A DNA stretch of 62,310 nucleotides, counting the filler, from Squatina squatina (taxonomy: Eukaryota), in NCBI GenBank assembly GCA_031763465.1. It is 4 parts of 4 records of this genome, joined end to end, with 100 filler letters (N's around TTAATTAATTAA, not from the genome) between each part and the next. Parts side by side here need not be neighbours in the genome. Positions count along the whole stretch, not along the records: positions 44,481 to 62,310 come from JARFOE010000058.1; 3 more parts are not named here. The stretch is one strand, 5' to 3'. Shown here piece by piece: positions 51,911 to 62,310 of the stretch. The position numbers and the translations under genes are program-made. Every line of letters starts with the position of its first letter. Position 1 is the first letter of the stretch. The notes under the pieces were generated by a model. It did not search any database and had not been told where the DNA came from. It saw nothing but the letters and a program-made list of their open reading frames with translations.

Positions 51911-53369
51911 GTGTGCCCCTAGTACTTTATCCACCTCCCTCTGTATTCTTTACATCCCTGCACACGGGGATATTCAAGGTAACCTTGGCAACCGAATCAC
52001 TTAAACTGTAACGTTCCAATGTATGATTTTTTTTTCCCCTCCCCTTCTTTTCAGATTAGACATACTGCTGAGTTTCTAACTGGAATCACAGACTGCCAGC
52101 TTTCAGTGTACAGCAAGAAAAGAAAAAAGCTGGATTTTCTCCAAAATGAACAGCAGCAGGACAGAGAGAGTACTGTGCACAGACTCCATTACTACATTTT
52201 TTATAGGCTACGTGTTGGAGTAACAAAAAATAATAATAACAAACAGTTCAGTGTGAATTCCTGCTCAATGAACATTCCCATCAAACAGCAAGAACATTGT
52301 GATGCAGGAGACCCGCTCCATAGAGAAAATATTCAACGGCAATGTTTGCATTCTCAAAAGAAATAAACCTGGAATGTGTGTGTTATATACATTAGTGCTG
52401 TCAAATGTCCATATTGTATATAGATCGGAATAATTCAGGGGAATGATCTGAAACCTTTTTGCACATTCAGAGGTTTGTCTTCATCTACATTATTTCTGTG
52501 AGAGGTTCTGTCCACTACCCACCTCTACACTGTCTATCAAACACTCCCAGGTCACATACAGCATGGGTTCGAGAAGTTAGCGAAAGATTATTTCCACTGA
52601 TCATTAAATTGGTAACAAGGAATAAAGGGGACGAGTTAGAGACAGATGAGAATTCAGGTGTAGCTCTCTTCAAATTTCTCATCATGCACTCGCAAATCGC
52701 AGCACAGATTAGATGTAAAGTATGATTTTCACTGCCCCCATCAAGCAATCGGTTATTTGAATGCTTACAGGAAATTATTAAGTCCATAGACAAAGGGAAT
52801 GATATTCCGCACGTGATTTCCTGATATGTGAGCTCGAAGGGCTGAATGGCCTACCCCTGTTAATGTGCTGCTATGTGGTCCCGAAAGGTGACCATCCTGG
52901 CAGCATGCAAACATGAAATTTACCCTTAGGAGTAAATAGCTGTTTCTCAGCTTAGAGTTTCACAAAACTATGAAGAATCACGTCAGAAGCTTGTTATGAT
53001 AATTAAAGCCTATGGTAGCAAAAGCAAAGTGGCAGCATGAAAAGAGGGATAGCTGAAAGAGAGAAAGCATGGAAAATCACACATGTAATTTCCTAATATG
53101 CACTACCNNNNNNNNNNNNNNNNNNNNNNNNNNNNNNNNNNNNNNNNNNNNNNNNNNNNNNNNNNNNNNNNNNNNNNNNNNNNNNNNNNNNNNNNNNNNN
53201 NNNNNNNAATATAAACAGTGGTTCATGAATGTTTCTGGAACACACATTTTACATAAATATGTAGCAAAGCAATTAATGTCTTTGTACGTCCAGAGTTTGT
53301 GAGGCCAAAAGGATGCATCAAGGTCTATTCTGAGAGTGGAGTTCAGGAATATTGTAGGAGCAGAGGAGA

Positions 53370-53630
53370 GGGAGCTTTACTCTCATCTCTCCTGTGGTGT
53401 ATATAATATGTGAGTACTTGATTGGCAATATAGAGGCAGATTACTCTGCATCTAACCTTTCTGTACCTGACCTTGGAGTGCTTGATGGAATTGTGCAGAG
53501 TGAGCTTTGGTCTGTATCTAACCTATGCTGTACCTGATCTTGGAGTGTTTGATGGGACACTGAAGGGAACTTGATTCTGCATCTAACCCATGTTGTACAG
53601 AACTTCAGAATACTTAGTACTGACACTGGA
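53370..53630 (+). repeat. ~66-bp tandem repeat (about 4 decayed units); an inverted monomer lies at about 52515-52570
   Basis: ATCTAACC recurs near 53450, 53516 and 53581, with CTGTACCTGA..GGAGTG.TTGATGG in the units. Confidence 0.8.
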
Positions 53631-53703
53631 TACCGAAACATTAAAAAAATTTCATTGAAGAGTATTTACATCTCTCAGCTTAACAAGCATAAAAAAGTCA
53701 AGA

Positions 53704-54213
53704 TTAAAAGAATTTATGGGATTTTACCAGGCATGAAGTATTACTATCTTCATTATCTTGGCTTTGATTGATGAAGCTGGCTAGGCAGCACTGGAACGTT
53801 GCAATTCCATTTCCCAAGATACCCTGCTGTCCAAGAGCTTCTGAAACATCCCCATCCAACATCTCTCTTATCCTCATAGGGTGGCTTTTGACGTCTCTGT
53901 TGCTTAGATCTCCTTGCTTTATCTGAAAAGCTTCTGCAGACAAATCTGTACATGTCCCAACAACATACAGCTCCTCATTGATATTATTGTCATTCAGGAA
54001 CAAAAGACATTGTTTGGAAAAGCAAATGACACTTGGCCTGTGCTTTACAACTTTCAAATATCTTCTAGGCACAGTCTGTGATTTGGGGCTCGGCACCTGT
54101 GCGGATGGACTGTCCTTCTGAGTCAATGCATAGTTACACTTATCTTTCACATGACTGAGGGTCCTTTCTTCGGGAAGCACAATAGTATGCTTTTCACCAC
54201 TGGTAGCCTTCTC
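53704..54213 (-). CDS. Candidate terminal coding exon, unidentified low-complexity protein C-terminus
   Basis: Frame is open for about 170 codons from the gap edge (EKATSGEKHTIVLPEERTL..VPRRYLKVVKHRPSVICFS..) to a stop at 53704; no repeat similarity recognised. Confidence 0.4.
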   Translation of the reverse strand, partial: EKATSGEKHTIVLPEERTLSHVKDKCNYALTQKDSPSAQVPSPKSQTVPRRYLKVVKHRPSVICFSKQCLLFLNDNNINEELYVVGTCTDLSAEAFQIKQGDLSNRDVKSHPMRIREMLDGDVSEALGQQGILGNGIATFQCCLASFINQSQDNEDSNTSCLVKSHKFF

Positions 54214-57200
54214 ANNNNNNNNNNNNNNNNNNNNNNNNNNNNNNNNNNNNNNNNNNNNNNNNNNNNNNNNNNNNNNNNNNNNNNNNNNNNNNNNNNNNNN
54301 NNNNNNNNNNNNNNCCAGTTTTAGTGGTAGTCAAAAAGTGTGTCAGTATTGGCACACACGTGAAGCCATAAAAGAGCAGTAATGTTGCCTGAGTGCTTTG
54401 CATGTGGCCTCAGTTCCAATGCAACAGGTAAAGAGAACTCTTTGTAGTATGCCTACTTTATACTTGGCCTAGAGAAATGCTGTCTAACCTTACCCAGGCA
54501 GATTTCCTGAGGCTGCCAAACATCTTTCATTTGCTTCCAGGTCCTCTGGATATTGGAGGCCATATTAATCTATTGAGTCACCTCCTCCCATTCAGTCTGC
54601 CTGGTTTCCCTGTGGGAAAGGTTCCAGCACTCCTTGCATCTTTTCACTGTAGAATGATGGTGTTTCACAACATTGGTGATTTTTTAGGCTGTATGAAAAG
54701 CAAAATTTGATTTTCTGATTGCTCAACAGTACAGCTGCAGCCCTTTCAGAGCAGTAGTTGTGCAGAATTTCACCCCCCATTCCAACCCTCCAATTAAGGG
54801 AGCTCTTGGAAGAAGGCCCAATCCAGACAACAGGCTCACCATAAATAAATAACAAGGCACGATCCTGGAAGATTGTGTGGCATCAGCCATGTCATAAACG
54901 TGTAAGTGCAAAGCTTGTGGCCATCTTAGCACTTGGACCAGAAATATACCCTTACATCAACACAGTATTTACCAAACACCACCATGTGATCAATGAAACA
55001 CAAGAAGTAATAGACTCCATTGGAAAAGTTAAAATAAAATTTCCAGGTGTATGATTGGATATTTCTACTTCATACACTCAGTTGAACTCTGCAGTCACAT
55101 TAAGATATGTGCTTATCAGGAACACGTAGATCATCCATAGAGTTAACTTTCTGTTAATGTTTGACTCTGGAATCTTTGCTGATTCACTCTGCAAGTATAA
55201 AACCAATTGCGATTGTAAAAAAACAATTAACTTTAAGATATCGAAGGTTGCTGTGCAACTAGGAGAGCTCTTGCATTTGCCGTTAACACTTACTGAAACG
55301 TAAATCCAGTTTACAGGCAAGTTTGACCTCAACTGAATGGGAGATTAAAGTTACACCAGATAGCAATCTTCCTTTCCAATGCAGCCTGTACTGTTAAGTG
55401 CTTTTAAACTGGAAACAATGGATTCCACAGCCTCACCCTCCAGAAATAAAACCTGAGGCCAACTTGTCTCTATGGTTCAATTACGTGTTGCGGTTGCCTA
55501 CTGGGTGACTGGGAGAGACCTTTGAACTTCTGAATCTCAATCTTCCTAAGCCAACAGTTCTCACTCCTGGTCCACAGACAGGACCTAGTGAATGTGTGCC
55601 AGCTGGTACACCCAGAGTGGTAAGACATACCAGCCTCCATAAGGCGCATGTGGGCCCCACCAAGCAGCCGAGACTGCTTAAGGATTAAAAAAATGTTTTT
55701 TTTTCAAATGCAGCTAAGTTGGTTCACTTGCTTAGGGNNNNNNNNNNNNNNNNNNNNNNNNNNNNNNNNNNNNNNNNNNNNNNNNNNNNNNNNNNNNNNN
55801 NNNNNNNNNNNNNNNNNNNNNNNNNNNNNNNNNNNNNAGAGTGATTGTCTGGAAGGCAGAAGAGTTTCCAAACAATCGCAGGTGTTAATAGCAACATTAC
55901 AAAGCACATTAACTGGATGGGTGTGAACAGATGGAGGAACAAAGAGAGGGAAAAAAAAGAGAGGGAATCTGTGCCTTTCAGGAGAGGAGGGAATAAACAT
56001 TGATGGGAAAAATAATAAACACATATTGCTTCTTCGTGTTACATTCTTAAGCAGACCAGTTTCAACCTGAGTATTTTTGCTCACAAAGCTCTTACAAGAA
56101 CATGAAACACTGAACAGGAGAAATGAATCCGCAGCCAGCTATAGATCGCTGCATTAAAATAAAATGAAACCCAGAGAACAGCTGAGTTATCGTACAGCTA
56201 CCACTTCAATTATCAGCAACCCAATCAACTTACACAATCCTCAGACATGTTTATTCAGAACACAGAGCCAGTGTCCTACCACTGAACATATTCTAGCCCT
56301 CACATTAAAAATATACGTTGAGAAGACATTTACCTTAATGTGTGCCCAAAGGAGAACCCCCTTAACAGTCGTCCATTTGAGAAACCTCAGCATATGTAAG
56401 AAAGTGGCATTTCCCACAGCTCAGTTTCCCCAGCCAGCTTAAACTGCAAGCACTCAAAGTCCACACTTTCTCTTGACAAACAGCCAAAGTTTCCTTCTTT
56501 TATAAGGAGCAGATGCACAAGATGAGTGGGCGCTGTCTCACTTCCACCGTGACATCATCAGCCACACACCTGATTGCTGGCATCTGCGAACAGTTGATAA
56601 AAGACGAATGAAAATCAGATACAAAGAGCAGCTGCCAGTAATGAAACGCAATACTTAACCCTTTTCTTTCCCACATTCAACAGGCTGCATTTTTTTTTGA
56701 GGGAACAGATTTAAACCCTGCCAGGGCTGCAGTTGAACCTTGATGCCGAACATCCTGACAGCAAACGCAGGGGAAGCAGAACCATTACTGAAAATAAACC
56801 ATTAAACTGCATGGGCTACATGGCCTATGGATGTCTCAGGCATGAGTGACTCACATTAAATGAGACACCATTTTTTTTCTACCATCTTCTCCCTGCCTCT
56901 CCTGAAGATGCCTATTCCTTTCAGGAGTATATTTCCATGGGCACTGGCAGCACCTCAGTGCAGTGCTGCAGGGGCGCTAAATGGCTGAAGTGATATTAGC
57001 ATGAGACAATAGGAGTCATACATGATAAGAACATAAGAAATAGGAGCAGGAGTAGGCCATTCGGCCCCTCGAGCCTATTCCACCATTCAACAAGATCCTN
57101 NNNNNNNNNNNNNNNNNNNNNNNNNNNNNNNNNNNNNNNNNNNNNNNNNNNNNNNNNNNNNNNNNNNNNNNNNNNNNNNNNNNNNNNNNNNNNNNNNNNT

Positions 57201-57929
57201 TTCCTGCCCTCTTCTCTGCACCACCTTCTTTCCCTGGCTCTGAACAGCTCAGGCTTTCCCTCAACAAATTTTCCTTGTATAAACTGTTCTAACTCTGTTT
57301 CAGTTCTACCTCTGCTTCTCTGACTGAATGACTGAGTATTTCCAGCATTTTCTGTTTTAATTTCAGATTTCCAGCCTCCGCAGGATTTTGCTTTTATTTG
57401 AGATTGCCAACACTGCTCCCAGGCCACTGCCAATACTCCCGACTACTGATCACTGGAAGACACCAGGGGACAACTAGGCCTGACTCTCCTCCAACCCAGT
57501 CCCCTGTGGAGAGAAATTGCAGCCTCCACAGAGCTGTTACAAGCTGCTCACACATTTTGCAAGATCCTTCCTGATGCAAGGTTCTCGTGCAGCTGTCTGT
57601 AATCCAAAAGTAAACATGCCTGAATTCAATAAGGCAGCCACCAGGAAAACTGCATTAAAAATAGATCTACCAAGCACCTGCCCTTAGTGAATCCAGGCTA
57701 ATTTACCTTTAGGTTACGGCCAGCTGCATGAAACCCCTGCATCAGGACTCGACAGTGTCTGCGAGGGTATTGCACAATGCAAAAGCGGTTACATTTCAGG
57801 CTTTCCCTCAACAAATTTTCCTTGTATAAACATTGGGGTGGTTAGTGGCCAGGGATCGTGTCTCTTCTTGCTGGTGTTAAACACTTTGCACCTAGATCTA
57901 TTTTTCAAAACCTAAGTGGAAAGTTATAG

Positions 57930-58080
57930 GGGAGGATTTAGCCTGGTTTGCGCCTCCGGTTAGCTCCTGCGGGAGGCAGTAACAGGGCTCCTGACAGAAC
58001 GCAGCAAAATCACTGACGCCTGCGAACTTCCCTGGCAGGTTTGTGCTGGCGCTAACACTTACCGCCTCGATTTCTTACAC
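57930..58080. mobile_element. Left end of a GC-rich Harbinger-type MITE
   Basis: GGGGAGGATTT..TGCGCCTCCGGTTAGC..TAACAGGGC parallels 46585-46645. Confidence 0.5.
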
Positions 58081-58180
58081 NNNNNNNNNNNNNNNNNNNN
58101 NNNNNNNNNNNNNNNNNNNNNNNNNNNNNNNNNNNNNNNNNNNNNNNNNNNNNNNNNNNNNNNNNNNNNNNNNNNNNNNN

Positions 58181-58440
58181 TGGGGAAATCCAGAACAAGC
58201 AGCATAATAAAACTATTTTAGGAGTGAAATCAGGAAGTACTTTTTCAAAGTAGTGGAAATCTGAAACGCTCGTCCTAAAAGGCTGTTGAAATTTTCAAGA
58301 GTGAGATCGACAGATTTGTGTTAGATAAAGATGTCAAGCGATCTGGAACACAGGTGAGTAAATGAAGTTCAGGTATAGATCGGCCATGATCTAACTGAAT
58401 AGCGGGGTATGCTCAATGGCCTTCTCCACTTTCTAAGTTC
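58181..58440 (+). mobile_element. Decayed CR1 3' end
   Basis: AGGAGTGAAATCAGGAAG..TTCAAGAGTGAGATCGACAGATTT..GCCATGATCTAACTGAAT..AATGGCCT. Confidence 0.7.
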
Positions 58441-58844
58441 CTTTGTCAATAGAGTATGCTCAATTAATTTATCTTTGTGTCTATAAACAGCTTTCAGAGA
58501 ATAGAGCATCCCTTCCTTCCAGAGGACTGAATTTCAAATACAGGTCCAAGACAGCAGCCAACCACCAAAGAGAGGAGACTTTGGTCCAAGTGAAAGGCCT
58601 AGTGACATCTCCACTCAAATCTGTGGATCTTGTATTAAAAGAATACTTAGTCTGCTTCAGGATCAAAGAGTGATTAACCAGGACAAATACTGAATCCATT
58701 TAAAATTACATCCCAAACAATTACATCTCAGTGCTAAGGCTGGATCGTTGCGCATCAAATTTAGAGATGGTGGATGGGTGTTGCTGGTGGACAGGAGCAG
58801 TACAATAGCGAGAAGCTGCTCTTTTAGAACCACAGAAAATTGGG

Positions 58845-59500
58845 CCATGCGGCCTGTGCTAACTCTTTGGAACAGCAGTCGTGCTTAGTCCAACATGACC
58901 ACTTTTCGTCCATAACCCTGCAAGTACCTGTCCAACTCAGTTTTAAAATTATTTATGGAATTGGTTTCCACCACCTTTTCAGATAAAGTGTTCCAGATCC
59001 AGACAACTCTGAAAAAATTTTCATCTCCCCTCTAGATCTTTTGCCAATGATTTTAAATCTATGACCTCTAGTTATTGACCTACTAGCCAAAGGGAATAGC
59101 TTTACTCTATCAAACCTCTGATCATCTTGAAAACCTCTATTAGGTCACCTCTTAACCTTCTCTGTTCCAAGGAGAACAGTCCTAGCTTTTCCAACCACTC
59201 CTCATCCCTGGTAACCTCCTTTGTATGCTGTCTAAGGCCTTTACATCTTTCCTGAAGTGTGGTGCTCAGAATTGTCCACAATAATCCAGCTGAGGCCTAA
59301 CCAGTGATTTATAAAGTTGTAGCATGATCTCAGTTTTTATATTCTATTTATAAACCCAAGTAACCCATATGCTTTTTTAAACCATCCTCAATTTGCCATG
59401 CCACCTTTAAGGATTTGTGTATATGGACACCAAGGTCTCTCTGCTTATCTACACTTTTCAAAATTGTGCATTTATAGAACACTGTCTTTCTATATTAGTC
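58845..59500 (-). mobile_element. Decayed CR1 ORF2 3' part
   Basis: ACCTCTATTAGGTCACCTCTTAACCTTCTCTGTTCCAAGGAGAA (LEQRRLRGDLIEV on the minus strand) and downstream CR1 blocks. Confidence 0.8.
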
Positions 59501-60529
59501 CTTGAGGCTCTCTGCTCCTGGTGACTGCATGCATGGGCCACACCCTTCTATAGAGTGGCTGAAATAAAGCCAAATATTTCAAAAGCTCTGTTATTGGTAG
59601 ACACAGCTTCCCATTCAAAATCACTCTAGTACCACTCAGTAACTAGAAGTTGCTTCCTGGTGCTTTCTGTGCACGGAAGCAACTGGCAAATTTAACAAAT
59701 GTGCACACACAAAGGTGCAATGGTTGTTTTGGAATATTGGTGCCTATTTACTAGGTCATAAAGCAATGTGAAAAGAGGCATGTCAGTTTTATGCTCATCG
59801 TGTANNNNNNNNNNNNNNNNNNAACACAGATCAGTTTGGTGATTTAGATTCATGGCCATGAGGAACTGAATTGGGTCTCCACAAATTAATTTCACATTGG
59901 ATACTTACAGCAACCAGATAGAGAAGGCTTTCAGTCTGAGATGGATTTGAACCTAGGAAAAAGAGTAGTGTATCATCCAACACTCCACCATGACTTCAAA
60001 ACTAATCAGAAGTGTTCATCATGTAAATTTGGAAAAAGTCAATGGCATTACAAACTTGCCAACCAAATGGTACTACTGGGCCGGAAAAGCCTAGGTGGCT
60101 CCAGCAATACAATACTGGGTATCTCAGGTTTTCACTTGAGGGAGAGGCAGCAGATTGTCACAAGTTTGAATCACACCCTTGACTGACATACTAATCTCAC
60201 CTAATCTCCTTGAGCAAGACCCTTTATAAATCTTTCAAAGACAAGAGAACAGAACAGCAAGTCAGACTGTTAAATTGTCTAAACACCATCCACGAGGCAA
60301 GGACGTTCAATATTCATATTTCCATTCATCAGTGTTAGCTAGCACTTCCATTCCAATTATCAGTACCTAGCCTGGCTGTGTATCCAGCGTAAGTTCAGCC
60401 TTAACACTATTTTAATCCTATACCTCACCCCTCGCAGAACAGAAGTGCCACCAAACAAAGCACCTCACTTTCAATTTACCCATCTCTGGAAGGCACCAAA
60501 ACTTCAAGGGGTATAATTCTATGGGCAAT

Positions 60530-60850
60530 ATGAGCTCTCCAATACATTGTCCAAATTGCCATTCAAGTGTGTGCTTAGGCAGGGAAAATCAGCAGGCTAC
60601 TCAACCAGTCAAGCCCAATCCTGTCCTTGCCTGACATTCGCACAGCATAGTGGGTCACAAAGGTCATTGGATGGTGATCAGAACCAGAGATCCTGGTTGA
60701 TTTTTCCCCTACCTAGTCCATCGCAGTAAGACCAATAGTAACATCTACTGCTGAGTCAGCTGAGATCAGCTAACTCAGCACAGACGTTGATGGAAACTAG
60801 GATCTTACTGATCTGTAAGATTTAGTACTACATTAAGCAGTGGATTTCCA
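60530..60850 (-). mobile_element. AmnSINE2-like SINE
   Basis: AGCCCAATCCTGTCCT..GGATGGTGATCAG..CCTGGTTGATTTTTCCCCT..GCTGAGATCAGCTAACTCAGCACAGAC. Confidence 0.72.
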
Positions 60851-61630
60851 AATAAACTGTTATGGAAAATTCACTCTAACCTTCCTAAATTATACCCCTC
60901 AATTGACACAATAAATTCAAATGTTTTGATACCAAATACAGTCAGATTTCAATCCACTAAATCCCTTCACAACTGAAAAAATCTAATGCATGTAAGAAAT
61001 GAAATTAAATAAAATAATTTCATTAAGTGTCTGTCTCTGTTACAAATGCAACTCCACAGCTTCAATTAATATTGTTCCCCAAAGTCTGCAAGACCTCAAT
61101 TATAAACCTCTTTTACAGGTTGTAAGAATCACTGTACATTCAATAATATACAAACTAAATATCAATGTTTCTTGATCTCTTCCTTTGCTGCATAATGGGA
61201 TGTCTCTTCAAGCAAACAGTCTCCAAAAACCACACGAGAATGATTTTGAATCACTCATGTTTTATCTTCCTCGCTTTCAGGACAAACGCCCCTCATGCAG
61301 ATGCGTTGGAGATGATCATCCAACTGATCACAAAGTAGAAGAGGAATATTGGGTAAACAGCAAGGGCCTTGCGATTAGGTGGCTGGCTGTCAGCCAGAAA
61401 TGCTGTTGAGGCTGGAAGAGAAAAAGAAAAAAAAACATTGGCAACGTGCATGTTAAGGAAACAAAAGATTTTCTCCAATTCTTCTTTTGTTGGGCATTGA
61501 TCCACAACCCCCACCACCAAACGTCCTAGCTGAGAAATATAGGCATCTGCTCCCAGGACTCTGCCAGTGCAGCTCTGAAGCTGGCCACTAGTGGGTGCTT
61601 CAGACCGTCTCTGTCCAGGCAGTGAAGTAC

Positions 61631-61746
61631 CTAGCTTCCTACATTAAAATAATGACTACACTTCAAAAAGTACTTCATTGGCTGTAAAGCGCTTTGGGAT
61701 GTCCAGTGATCATGAAAGGCGCTATATAAATGCAAGTCTTTTTTTT
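61631..61746 (+). mobile_element. SacSINE1-like 3' tail
   Basis: GACTACACTTCAAAAAGTACTTCATTGGCTGTAAAGCGCTTTGGGA..GAAAGGCGCTATATAAATGCAAGTCTT. Confidence 0.85.
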
Positions 61747-61829
61747 CTGATTTTTCAGCCAACATTTCTATATACCCTAGGTGATGTTTTTCTTTAATTC
61801 ATTTTTGGATTTTCATTCCCTTATTTCAG

Positions 61830-62230
61830 CTTTTCCCTCTGATTTTCTCTCCTTACTGATCCTCCAATGAGTGGTGGAGCTCCTGCTGGGAGAGAGCACA
61901 AGCACAGCAACCCTCCAATATCTTACTAAGTATACACACTTCACATGTAAGCCTATACATTCAGTGTGAGCAGGCTATTGGATTGTAAAGGACACCACAA
62001 GAGTCTTATCTAGTTATCTTTGTGTGCACACAAACTTTCCAGCAGAGTTGCTGGATAGTGATCAGGAGTAGCATCCCTGGCTAACTATACCCTCAAAATC
62101 CAAGTCAGTGAAGCTAATTGTGGTAACACTACAACCCCCAGCTGACTTATGACAGATTGGAGTTTGCTTCTGGGATATTCCTAGTCTTAGGGCTCAGTAC
62201 CAAACAGGGCAGTGTCATTACCCACTGAGG
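61830..62230 (-). mobile_element. AmnSINE2-like SINE, near full length, decayed
   Basis: Head GGCTCAGTACCA..GCAGTG.CATTACCCACTGAG; core CTTTCCAGCAG..CTGGATAGTGATCAGGAG..CCCTGGCT. Confidence 0.65.
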
Positions 62231-62310
62231 AACTTGTTTTTAAATAAAAAAACTTTTCTTTTATCTTTTTTCCATCAAGGTACTTCTCAGATGCAGCAAT
62301 ATCTGCTATG

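Overview
Eukaryotic, repeat-rich vertebrate DNA, most likely from a cartilaginous fish (shark-type SacSINE1/Deu-SINE, CR1 LINEs and a ~66-bp satellite). It is not one locus. Three artificial 100-nt linkers (N44-TTAATTAATTAA-N44) join four segments (1-14373, 14474-29225, 29326-44380, 44481-62310), and each is further broken by 10-N and 100-N gaps. Recognisable coding pieces are most of the large HIPK2 kinase exon (minus strand, with an Asn->Thr change in the catalytic loop), the last coding exon of GDF10/BMP3b (minus) and two consecutive FGGY exons (plus). There is also an unidentified CpG-island first coding exon with its promoter (minus) and an unidentified 170-codon terminal-exon-like ORF. 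The rest is CR1 fragments, SacSINE1-like and AmnSINE2-like SINEs, Penelope-like fold-back inserts, hAT-Blackjack-like MITEs carrying 31-bp NRF1-palindrome arrays, a decayed PIF/Harbinger Myb/SANT gene with related GC-rich MITEs, and a 2-kb 16-bp satellite with higher-order structure. I found no CRISPR array, rRNA, true tRNA or prokaryotic system. All family assignments come from recalled consensus sequences, not database searches.
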